IMG/VR virus record: IMGVR_UViG_3300047552_002383
Direction: 5' to 3' (one strand)
DNA: 20,000 bases
From: an uncultured virus (IMG/VR IMGVR_UViG_3300047552_002383)
Taxonomy: Duplodnaviria; Heunggongvirae; Uroviricota; Caudoviricetes
Shown here: piece after piece, positions 6,319 to 14,778 of the stretch
How positions within the stretch are numbered: position 1 is the stretch's first letter
Layout of the letters: each line of letters starts with the position of its first letter
Program-made: the position numbers and the translations under genes
Notes under the pieces: model-generated
What the model saw: only the letters and a program-made list of their open reading frames with translations
Database searches by the model: none
Told to the model about the DNA's origin: nothing

Positions 6319-6531
6319 ATGTCTGATTTAAATAACGAAATTGAAGAATTGTTTGGTGACGAAGTAATCGACGTTACTCTTGATGAGGTAACGGCAATAC
6401 TTGGTGAAGTAGAAGATAATTTATCTACTGCAGAAGCAGAGAAATATAAAGGAGTTGTCTTGGATTTCTTCTCGAAGCTTGCTGAACTTCAAAACGAGGA
6501 AGAAGAGGAAGAGGAAGAAGAAGAAGAATAA
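6319..6531 (+). CDS. Small highly acidic protein with poly-Glu tail
   Basis: 70 aa with 27 D/E versus 3 K and 11 terminal Glu; good RBS, own promoter-like motif and terminator. Confidence 0.8.
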   Translation: MSDLNNEIEELFGDEVIDVTLDEVTAILGEVEDNLSTAEAEKYKGVVLDFFSKLAELQNEEEEEEEEEEE

Positions 6532-6554
6532 AATTTTCGCCGAATAATAAATAT

Positions 6555-6586
6555 AAGGAGAAGATTATATATCTTCTCCTTTTTTT
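6555..6586 (+). terminator. Rho-independent terminator
   Basis: AAGGAGAAGAT/ATCTTCTCCTT stem followed by a T-run. Confidence 0.85.
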
Positions 6587-6608
6587 AATTTTTAAAATAA
6601 TAACTACA

Positions 6609-7175
6609 ATGAAAGATATTGAACATCATGAATATATTATAAAGGATTTAATTAATTTTATTGGTGAAGATCCTAATCGAGAAGGTCTTTTAGAAACTCC
6701 AAAACGCGTTTTAAAAGCGTGGAAGGAGTGGACTAAAGGATATAAAATAGATATACCAAGTTTATTTAAAGTATTCGAAGACGGTGCTAATAATTATGAT
6801 GAAATGGTATTATTAAAAGAAATACCATTTCATTCTTTTTGTGAACATCACATGGCTAGTATAACTGGAGTATGTAGTGTTGCATATATTCCAAATGGAA
6901 AAATTGTAGGGTTATCTAAAATTGCTAGATTAGTTGAAGCATATGCTTGTAGATTACAAGTGCAAGAAAGGATGACTGTGCAAATAGCTGATGCTATTGA
7001 AGAAAATTTACATCCTAAAGGTGTAGGTGTAATAATAACTGCAAATCATCAATGTATGTCTTCAAGAGGAATTAAATCGCATGGAGTTGATACGATAACT
7101 TCTGCTATGAGAGGTGTATTTTTAGAAAAAGAAAATAATGCAAGAATTGAATTTTTAAATCTTATCAAAAAATGA
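6609..7175 (+). CDS. folE: GTP cyclohydrolase I
   Basis: GEDPNREGLLETPKRV, SFCEHH, GLSKIARLV, RLQVQER and HQCMSSRG motifs, with Zn ligands intact. Confidence 0.96.
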   Translation: MKDIEHHEYIIKDLINFIGEDPNREGLLETPKRVLKAWKEWTKGYKIDIPSLFKVFEDGANNYDEMVLLKEIPFHSFCEHHMASITGVCSVAYIPNGKIVGLSKIARLVEAYACRLQVQERMTVQIADAIEENLHPKGVGVIITANHQCMSSRGIKSHGVDTITSAMRGVFLEKENNARIEFLNLIKK

Positions 7176-7507
7176 AAAGTAACTTACAAGAGCAAATTGA
7201 AAAAATTTGCGAATTTTTATGTTTAGAATTTGGAACTGAAGGAAGAAGTATTGCTTTCAAACTTGATATTCTTTCTAAATTATTACAAAAAGAAGATTTA
7301 GAAGATAAAGAATATCTTGAATTTTGTGCAGAAATGAGTGAACATGGATATGGAACATTAATAATAAATGATTCAGTTTATATGATGCATTTTACATTAT
7401 TAAATTCTATTTATGAAATAAACGAAGAAGTTATGCATTTAAAATTTGCAGATTTTGATAAAATACCTTTACTTCCTGATACCGAATTTAATAAACATAT
7501 GCACTAA
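7172..7507 (+). CDS. Hypothetical protein
   Basis: 111 aa ORF translationally coupled to folE (ATGA) and to the polymerase (TAATG). Confidence 0.7.
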   Translation: MKSNLQEQIEKICEFLCLEFGTEGRSIAFKLDILSKLLQKEDLEDKEYLEFCAEMSEHGYGTLIINDSVYMMHFTLLNSIYEINEEVMHLKFADFDKIPLLPDTEFNKHMH

Positions 7508-9600
7508 TGCAAGAAATTAAATACTCAGAATTAGATACATTTCTAAAAAATAAAGATTTAGATTTTTATAATATTTATAATAGTGATTTAAACACTACAA
7601 TATACTATTCAACACAACATTATTTAAATAATCCAGAAGATAATACTGATGTTGAACAAAAACTACATATATTATTTGCAGATATTGAAGTATATTGGAA
7701 AGATAAAAATATTAAATTTGAATTTGATGTTGCTGATCATCCAATAAATGCATTTACTATATATAGTACTGAACTGAAAATCTTTAAATCATTTTATCTT
7801 CTATATGATTTTAATTATAAAAAATTTGGAATAAATGATAATTGTAATATCCAAGAAATTATTAATAACCACATTTCTAATTATAAAGATTGGCTATTAA
7901 AAGAAAAATATATTGAAGAAGAAGATAATATTGAAATCAATATATATAATAATGAATTGCAATTACTTTTAGATGCTTGGAAATATATTAGAAATATTAA
8001 TCCTTGTATATTATCGGGTTTCAATAGTGATAATTTTGATTATCCATATATATATAAAAGATTATTGAAACTTTATAATGATGATAAACAAAAAGTCGAT
8101 TCTATAATTAGTCAATTTGGATTAATCGAATTCAATCCAAATGGATTTATGAAAATTATAGATTATCCTATCTGTGATATTCAACATTGTTATAAAGTTC
8201 GTGGCGATGGAGGTTTGAATTTAGGTAAAAAATTACCCAGTTATTCATTAGATTTTATATCCGATGAAGAACTAGGTTTAAAAAAATTAGAATATAAAAA
8301 TACAAATATAGATCTTCATGAATTTTATGAAAATGATCCTGTAAATTATTTATTATATAATATAGCAGATGTGTGTTTATGTGTTAGATTAAATGAAAAA
8401 TTAAAACATATTGAACTGCAAAATTTAATTCGTAGAAATATGAAATTAAATTTTAGCCAATCTTTAATTGGTTCATCTGCATTATATGATTCATTTATAT
8501 TGTATGAATTATTAAAATCAAATAAAAAAATTAGACATGGATTAGTTACAGAATCTGGAAAAGAATTACAAACTGAAAGTTTAGCTAAAATACCAATCCC
8601 TACTACAAAAAATAATAAAGTTAAACCAGATAAAATTTCTAAAATTGAATATTTAGAAACTACATATAGTTTTGAAGGAGCATACGTAAAAGAATCTACG
8701 GCTAAAATTATAGATTCTGGTATAATTATGGATCTTGACGCTACCGGTTTGTATCCGGGAATGATTCGCCAATTTAATATTGGATTTGATACATATCAAT
8801 CTCGAATTATATCTCCTTTATCATATAAAACATTAGCTATATTAGAAGAATTTATCGGAATAAAACCTCTTCCATCAAATCTATTTCAAAATATATATTC
8901 AATTGTCGATGAATATATAGAAAGGGAAGGTGCTTCTAATAAAACAAAAGCAAAAAATAAATTATTTTATATTATTTCTCACCATATATATATTCTTGCT
9001 GAAAAGAATATAAAATTAGAAAATTTATATAAACCATCTTCTATACAAGAAATAATTCTATTAAAACATTACTTAATACCATTAATTGATTTAATCGATA
9101 TGATTCATACGAAACATGAATCATATAATGAATTTGTATATGATTATATTTTTGATCCATTTTCAAATATAAAAGAAAAGTATAAATTATTATATTTAAT
9201 TAATAATGCGGGGAATAGTAATTTATACATTGAAAAATTAAATGTAGATGATTTATTAGATAAATTAAAAAATCTAGTTATTGCTATTAACGGAGCCTGT
9301 TATTTAAAACATGAAATAAAAACAGGAATATTTGTTAATTTTTTAAATGAAATGAGTCAATTAAGAAAATCATATAGAAAATTAGCTTCTGAATTTTCTA
9401 AAGGAACTGAAAAATATAATTTTTATAATACTAGACAATTATCTATTAAAGTACTTATGAATTCGGCATATGGAGTGTTAGGTTTAAAGACCTTTCGATA
9501 TTCTAATAATCATTTAGCACAATCAATTACATCTAGTGGAAAATTAACTATTAAATTAGCTCAATATTTAACCGACAAATATCTTTCTGAATTGGAATAA
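7507..9600 (+). CDS. Family B DNA polymerase, N-terminal part (exonuclease + motifs A and B; motif C absent)
   Basis: ExoI FADIEV, ExoII SGFNSDNFDYPYI, SYSLDFIS..ELG..K, ExoIII YNIADV, FEGAYV, motif A DLDATGLYPGMI, motif B KVLMNSAYG. The ORF ends shortly after SITSSGK with no YGDTDS. Confidence 0.9.
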   Translation: MQEIKYSELDTFLKNKDLDFYNIYNSDLNTTIYYSTQHYLNNPEDNTDVEQKLHILFADIEVYWKDKNIKFEFDVADHPINAFTIYSTELKIFKSFYLLYDFNYKKFGINDNCNIQEIINNHISNYKDWLLKEKYIEEEDNIEINIYNNELQLLLDAWKYIRNINPCILSGFNSDNFDYPYIYKRLLKLYNDDKQKVDSIISQFGLIEFNPNGFMKIIDYPICDIQHCYKVRGDGGLNLGKKLPSYSLDFISDEELGLKKLEYKNTNIDLHEFYENDPVNYLLYNIADVCLCVRLNEKLKHIELQNLIRRNMKLNFSQSLIGSSALYDSFILYELLKSNKKIRHGLVTESGKELQTESLAKIPIPTTKNNKVKPDKISKIEYLETTYSFEGAYVKESTAKIIDSGIIMDLDATGLYPGMIRQFNIGFDTYQSRIISPLSYKTLAILEEFIGIKPLPSNLFQNIYSIVDEYIEREGASNKTKAKNKLFYIISHHIYILAEKNIKLENLYKPSSIQEIILLKHYLIPLIDLIDMIHTKHESYNEFVYDYIFDPFSNIKEKYKLLYLINNAGNSNLYIEKLNVDDLLDKLKNLVIAINGACYLKHEIKTGIFVNFLNEMSQLRKSYRKLASEFSKGTEKYNFYNTRQLSIKVLMNSAYGVLGLKTFRYSNNHLAQSITSSGKLTIKLAQYLTDKYLSELE

Positions 9601-9605
9601 TAATT

Positions 9606-10310
9606 ATGTTAAATCCATTTGAACCTAATACAATTGATAATTTTAAAGAAGAAACGGAAAATAAACCACCAGAATTACCAGAATTTAATATCAATAGTGG
9701 AGGAGCAATTCCTGATTCACAACCAAGTCCAGTTCCAATAACTCCACAAGTAGTTCAACCACAAAGTACAGTATCACCTGAAAAAAGAAAATTTATAATA
9801 TCTGATTTATATTGGTTAAAGAATTTAAAACCATTATATAAACAAGCATTAGGTCAAAATGAAATTAACACATTAGTAATTAGTTATAATGCAGATTTTG
9901 AAAATCTGCGATTATGCTTATTAAATTGTGACCAATCTAATCCAAAAATTATTTCCTTACCCTCTGGAAGTAGAATAAATTCTGTAAATATATTTTCAGA
10001 AACTTGTAGAGAAATAATTTCATTTTTTGAGTCCTTAAATAAAGAAAATATAGCTTCTTCTTTCCCAGCTACAATTCATAACTGTGAGAGAATTATTAGC
10101 TTAGGTAATAATTCTTGGACTCCTAATGAAACTGCATTTGTTATTTTGAATCAGCAATTAATTGAAATCCATACAAAACAACCAAATGGAACTCAATTAT
10201 TATTTACATTAGTAGGTTGGCAGGTTAAAGCATTTTTAGAATGTTGTCGTTTTATGACTAACGGCAATTCTTGGATGTTAAAAACTCATGCCTCTATTCA
10301 TAAAGAATAA
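9606..10310 (+). CDS. Hypothetical protein with Pro/Gln-rich disordered N-terminus
   Basis: 234 aa ORF 5 nt after the polymerase stop; no recognised motif. Confidence 0.7.
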   Translation: MLNPFEPNTIDNFKEETENKPPELPEFNINSGGAIPDSQPSPVPITPQVVQPQSTVSPEKRKFIISDLYWLKNLKPLYKQALGQNEINTLVISYNADFENLRLCLLNCDQSNPKIISLPSGSRINSVNIFSETCREIISFFESLNKENIASSFPATIHNCERIISLGNNSWTPNETAFVILNQQLIEIHTKQPNGTQLLFTLVGWQVKAFLECCRFMTNGNSWMLKTHASIHKE

Positions 10311-10313
10311 AAA

Positions 10314-10523
10314 ATGCATATAACCGATTTCAAACCATTTGATATTGGTGGATTTACTTTAACTGGTTGGAAAGATGGAGAAAGGAAAATTAAATTAAAA
10401 CATGGAGAGTCAATTACTTTTCCTCCTGTTATAACATGCAATTCTGTTGTATATACATTAGAAGATATTATTGAATTTCCTCATGGTAATGGAAAAATAT
10501 TCTTAAACTTAGAATATAGTTAA
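10314..10523 (+). CDS. Hypothetical protein
   Basis: 69 aa ORF filling the gap between the previous gene and the terminator. Confidence 0.6.
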   Translation: MHITDFKPFDIGGFTLTGWKDGERKIKLKHGESITFPPVITCNSVVYTLEDIIEFPHGNGKIFLNLEYS

Positions 10524-10529
10524 TTTGGC

Positions 10530-10567
10530 AAAAAATCCCCTCTGATTAATTTCAGAGGGGATTTTTT
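10530..10567. terminator. Bidirectional rho-independent terminator between convergent blocks
   Basis: AAAAAATCCCCTCTGA / TCAGAGGGGATTTTTT inverted repeat with A and T tails on both sides. Confidence 0.9.
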
Positions 10568-10579
10568 ATTTCTTTTTAT

Positions 10580-11398
10580 TTAGGTGGCTGAACCATTATA
10601 ATTCATAGCGTCATTACCAGCTTCAACATCTTTAGTAATAGCAGTAAACAGATCTGTAAGATTGTTTGCTTTATTAATATAAGACGATTGTACTTTACCA
10701 GTAAAATGATCTAATACTGTATCCTCATTTTTCCCGTCAATAGGATAACCATCGAAACTAAAATTCATACTTAATTGCGCACTATCATTTCCAGAAATAT
10801 CAGAAGCAAAAGTATCAGATGGGATATTTTCTGGAAATACACCATCATAATACCACAATACTTCAATATCTTCTTCTTTTAATGGAGTACTTCCAGTATG
10901 TTCTTTATGTGAAGGTTTACATAATGCAACATATGCGCATCCTTTGTAATTAGCAGGAATATATTCATACCCCGACATCATACTAAGACCTAAATGTGGA
11001 TCATTAATAGCAGAGGACCACATACTAAAGAAATTTAAAACAGGAAGATTCTGATATTCTCTAAAAGTAACAGAGAATGTTCTATTTATTTCTCTACCTG
11101 CAGCATAAGAACTAGCTTGACCACCCATCCCAGGAACATCAACTTTTAATATTGTAGAAGAATGAGGAGTAAAACCTTCTGCAGTTGTAAACCACCAATT
11201 AGTAGCTAAAACTGAATCCGCTTTAAAAATAAATTTAGGTGGTTCTAAAAAGAAATACCAATAACCACTAATATATGGATGATTAGTTCTTCTCCTACCT
11301 CCCATAAATCGATTCCAATCTCTTGGTCGATCTTTACCATCTGCAAATTCAGAAGTAGAATTGTCAATTCTTGTCATCAAACTATAAGATGAAGCCAT
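10580..11398 (-). CDS. Putative tail tube protein (T4 gp19-like)
   Basis: Directly downstream of the sheath gene; FSVTFRE, YYDGVFPENI and LSMNFSFD are patterns typical of tube proteins; GAGGT RBS. Confidence 0.7.
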   Translation of the reverse strand: MASSYSLMTRIDNSTSEFADGKDRPRDWNRFMGGRRRTNHPYISGYWYFFLEPPKFIFKADSVLATNWWFTTAEGFTPHSSTILKVDVPGMGGQASSYAAGREINRTFSVTFREYQNLPVLNFFSMWSSAINDPHLGLSMMSGYEYIPANYKGCAYVALCKPSHKEHTGSTPLKEEDIEVLWYYDGVFPENIPSDTFASDISGNDSAQLSMNFSFDGYPIDGKNEDTVLDHFTGKVQSSYINKANNLTDLFTAITKDVEAGNDAMNYNGSAT

Positions 11399-11417
11399 GA
11401 TTTATATACCTCTTTTA

Positions 11418-13979
11418 TTATATAACTATGATATTAACATGAATTGCTTCGATAACTCTTAATGGCTTAACAGTTAAAAGAACTCTCAATTCATTTCTTG
11501 CTTCATCTGGGATAACTTTAATATCATATTTTGATATTGATGCATATCTTTCTGATCCATTTGTAACACTAACAAATGGTTGTAAAAATCCATTTAATCT
11601 CTGGAAAGCTAAATTAATCCAATAAGGAGTCATTTTACGCTGCAAGATATCCTTCAATAATGGAGGAATTTGCTTACGAATATAATGAATAAATTTAACT
11701 GCATGTGCACGTTTCATAATTGATAAACGTTTCCATGTAGTAAATTGAGTTAATATATATACGCCATCCGGTTCGATAATGGTAGGATTTAATTCTACCG
11801 ACAGCATATCTTCTAATTTAGATAAATGAGCATTATATGCTAATTTAATTGGTTCAGAAATTGCACCTTTTTCAATACCTGCAACTGGTTCTGAAATCCA
11901 ATATTTAGCATCGCAAAATAAATGACGCTCAACAGCATGGAAAACTGGTGTTATCCAAATATACTTACCAGTATTAATATCAAAAATCTGTCTATATCCA
12001 ACATACAACATCGCATTCCATGTATTCCATGCATATAAAGTGCGACGAGCAGCTAAATCATTATCAGCACTAATTTGATATCCTGTATCGGCGAGTAACA
12101 TGCAATCATTTCTTCTATCTGCTAATTCTCGAGCAGATGCTTGAATTGGAGCCGAGAATCCACCAGAGAAAATATAATCTAATTGATACCAAGGGTACAG
12201 AACATTTGGAAGATTTTCAATAGATTGATCTTCGCTGGCAGCAATTACACCAAATACTCTGGCTACACTAGCTTCAATTTTAGGATGTTGAGTTTGTATT
12301 CTATTATATGCATCATATAAACATCCATCCTCACCTTTACCTAAAAGTAATCCATTCTCGCCTAAAGTATTTTCTTTATATACCTGCTCTATCGAAAACA
12401 TCGAAAGAACTTGAAGTCGTAAAACTTCCGAATCCTCATTATAAACTAATTCGTCTACACCAAGAGCACTTCGACATTCGATATATTGACTATTTACATT
12501 AATAATATTTTCAATGTAAAGTTCATATCCAGTATTAATATCTCTAACAACTTGGCCGCTTTGAGTAGTACGGATAAGAGAAACTGTCCATGGACCTTCT
12601 ATTAATTTATTATTACCGGTAGTTTCATCTCTTTCATAAATATACAAATCCATAAATGCATATCTATAAAGAGGTAATCCAGTTTCGTCTGTATATAAAC
12701 TTTCATAGGCGATATTTCTAACACCTACTAAAAAGATATTATTATAATAACTACCAGCACCTTTCGCATAAAATGTCCACAAATTATCAGAATCTGTAGT
12801 CATAATTTGACTAGGGAAACGGATATTGACACCAGAAAGGACTTCAAATGGTCGGTATACTCTTACTGGTTGTCCATTTGGAAATGTTGTAGAGTCAGTA
12901 GTGAATCCTAAATATTCAGAATCTAAATTTATATAATAAATATCATCTTCAACATATTTAGCTGTTACTTGACGCATGAAACTAGAATCTACATTTGCAC
13001 TATCCCCACTTGGATAGATCCAATCTTTTAAATGCACTGAACTAAAAGATGTAGAATTTACAGCTTCAACTAAATTACTACCCATTACAAATTTAAAAGC
13101 AGTTCCAGCTAATTCTGAAGGACCAGGATAATATTTATAAATTTCCTTTTCCCAGAAAATTACTTTAACAAAATCATAAGTTAATGGAGCAGAATCACCG
13201 GTAAAAGCAGTTTCTAATACTAATTTATAAGTATATCCTGCTGGTGTAGATGTTCTTATTTTATCAATAATAACTTCAGAATTTTCATAGGAAGTTCCTA
13301 CTTTATCACCAATATCAAAATAATCATAAACTTTAGAATTAGAACAAACGACATCTGCGCTTGTTTTAACAAAAGTCAATCTATAAGTTTGATAATTATT
13401 ATAAATACTTGTACCATTGGCATTAATAGTACCAGCATAAGCATTCTCAAGTTTTACAACGTATTTTCCTACAGAATCCACATATTTATCGATAACTTTA
13501 ACAGCTTCTTCCGAGCTATCATCTGTACGATAAATCAAATCACCAACATCCATCATCTCATAAGTAATTGCATTTACAATTACTTTATCTGAATCTGCAC
13601 CAGCATTAAATAAAAATTTAAAAGCTTGATTACTAAATAATTGAGAACTACCAATTATCTTATTATATTTAATATAAATATTAGATATTGATGCATTATC
13701 CGCTTCAACCGGATCATCCAAAAGTACTGGGCGTACGATATATAATCTTGAAGAATATTGTAAAAATTTTTCTGCTAAATAATGACTTTGTGCAGTACGA
13801 GTTAAATCGGGTCGACCATATTTAAGAACTAATTCTTGTGGACTATTAAGTTGAATAACTCTATTATGAATTCCACGATCAGTCAATAAAACAGTAAACG
13901 CAACTCGTCCAGCTTCAATAGTCGGTAATGCAAAACTTTGATCTTCTATTGTAACATAAACGGCAGGTAAAATTGCCAT
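11418..13979 (-). CDS. Contractile tail sheath protein
   Basis: N-terminal PAVYVTIEDQS, YG.P, FYAKGAGSYYN, LADRRNDC..L.D, W..PVAG..KG, and C-terminal RNELRVLLTVKPLRVIEAIHVNII; GAGGT RBS. Confidence 0.9.
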   Translation of the reverse strand: MAILPAVYVTIEDQSFALPTIEAGRVAFTVLLTDRGIHNRVIQLNSPQELVLKYGRPDLTRTAQSHYLAEKFLQYSSRLYIVRPVLLDDPVEADNASISNIYIKYNKIIGSSQLFSNQAFKFLFNAGADSDKVIVNAITYEMMDVGDLIYRTDDSSEEAVKVIDKYVDSVGKYVVKLENAYAGTINANGTSIYNNYQTYRLTFVKTSADVVCSNSKVYDYFDIGDKVGTSYENSEVIIDKIRTSTPAGYTYKLVLETAFTGDSAPLTYDFVKVIFWEKEIYKYYPGPSELAGTAFKFVMGSNLVEAVNSTSFSSVHLKDWIYPSGDSANVDSSFMRQVTAKYVEDDIYYINLDSEYLGFTTDSTTFPNGQPVRVYRPFEVLSGVNIRFPSQIMTTDSDNLWTFYAKGAGSYYNNIFLVGVRNIAYESLYTDETGLPLYRYAFMDLYIYERDETTGNNKLIEGPWTVSLIRTTQSGQVVRDINTGYELYIENIINVNSQYIECRSALGVDELVYNEDSEVLRLQVLSMFSIEQVYKENTLGENGLLLGKGEDGCLYDAYNRIQTQHPKIEASVARVFGVIAASEDQSIENLPNVLYPWYQLDYIFSGGFSAPIQASARELADRRNDCMLLADTGYQISADNDLAARRTLYAWNTWNAMLYVGYRQIFDINTGKYIWITPVFHAVERHLFCDAKYWISEPVAGIEKGAISEPIKLAYNAHLSKLEDMLSVELNPTIIEPDGVYILTQFTTWKRLSIMKRAHAVKFIHYIRKQIPPLLKDILQRKMTPYWINLAFQRLNGFLQPFVSVTNGSERYASISKYDIKVIPDEARNELRVLLTVKPLRVIEAIHVNIIVI

Positions 13980-13996
13980 ATTTTAACCTCGAAAAA

Positions 13997-14758
13997 TTAA
14001 AAAATTATAAACCATTCGATAATAAAAACTGATTCTTTTTCGACAAATTTGGGAGCAAAACAAATATGTGCAAAAGGAACTGGTTTATAAATAGTAGCGT
14101 CAGTTGTATGATCCATTTCAGGATGAGTAGCATATAAGAAAGCTTCGTCTATTTTAACTACGTCTCCTGGTGACAAATTAAGAGGTTCACCAGATTCTAC
14201 TTTACAGACACTTTTTGTTACTGTATAATATGTATTTGCACAATCCGTAAATTCTATATCCGAACTGTATTCATGTGTAATTGTTCCTAAATTACCAACA
14301 TCACCGAAATATGAACTTTTAATCAATTTAACTATATTAGGAACTGCAGATCTATTTTTATAACATGCGGTATTTAATTCAATAGGTCTGGTAGATTCTA
14401 AATCGCAAACATTTGGACCTAATAATGTTATATTATCATTAACATCAATAGTACTGCCATTAGAACCAACAGAAAAAGCATTTACTTTATATTCTGATAT
14501 ATCACCAAGAGAAGAACTTGGAAGAACATTAGAAAATGATTTAAAAATAGCTTGGTTTGCAAATTCTCGACCAGCAGCTATAGTCATATTAAATAACCAA
14601 CCATCTTCACTCTGATCGGTATTTAAAATACCATCTTCATAAATTCTAACCATTCCAACAAATGGAGATTTTCTTTTTTGTTTATATATTTGATTTTGAT
14701 GCTGTTTTAAAACATCTTTAATATTAAATTGGTCATTAACTGTTAGAATTTGGGTCAT
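13997..14758 (-). CDS. Putative baseplate/tail structural protein
   Basis: C-terminal IDEAFLY...FAHICFAPKFVEKESVFIIEWFIIF resembles the 'I.EAGLF...FA...F....K......I.W.I.F' pattern of phage baseplate/tail-collar proteins; genomic position agrees. Confidence 0.55.
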   Translation of the reverse strand: MTQILTVNDQFNIKDVLKQHQNQIYKQKRKSPFVGMVRIYEDGILNTDQSEDGWLFNMTIAAGREFANQAIFKSFSNVLPSSSLGDISEYKVNAFSVGSNGSTIDVNDNITLLGPNVCDLESTRPIELNTACYKNRSAVPNIVKLIKSSYFGDVGNLGTITHEYSSDIEFTDCANTYYTVTKSVCKVESGEPLNLSPGDVVKIDEAFLYATHPEMDHTTDATIYKPVPFAHICFAPKFVEKESVFIIEWFIIF

Positions 14759-14778
14759 TTTTTCCCTTCATATGTGAA

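Noticed and set aside
8780..9320. Intein within the DNA polymerase insertion
   Set aside because: No N-terminal Cys/Ser block, no C-terminal His-Asn followed by C/S/T, and no LAGLIDADG motif.
9606..10310. ORF as the missing C-terminal polymerase subunit
   Set aside because: No DTDS or KKxY motifs.
12308..13592. + strand ORFs 12308..12502 and 13389..13592
   Set aside because: Short shadows antisense to the tail sheath gene.
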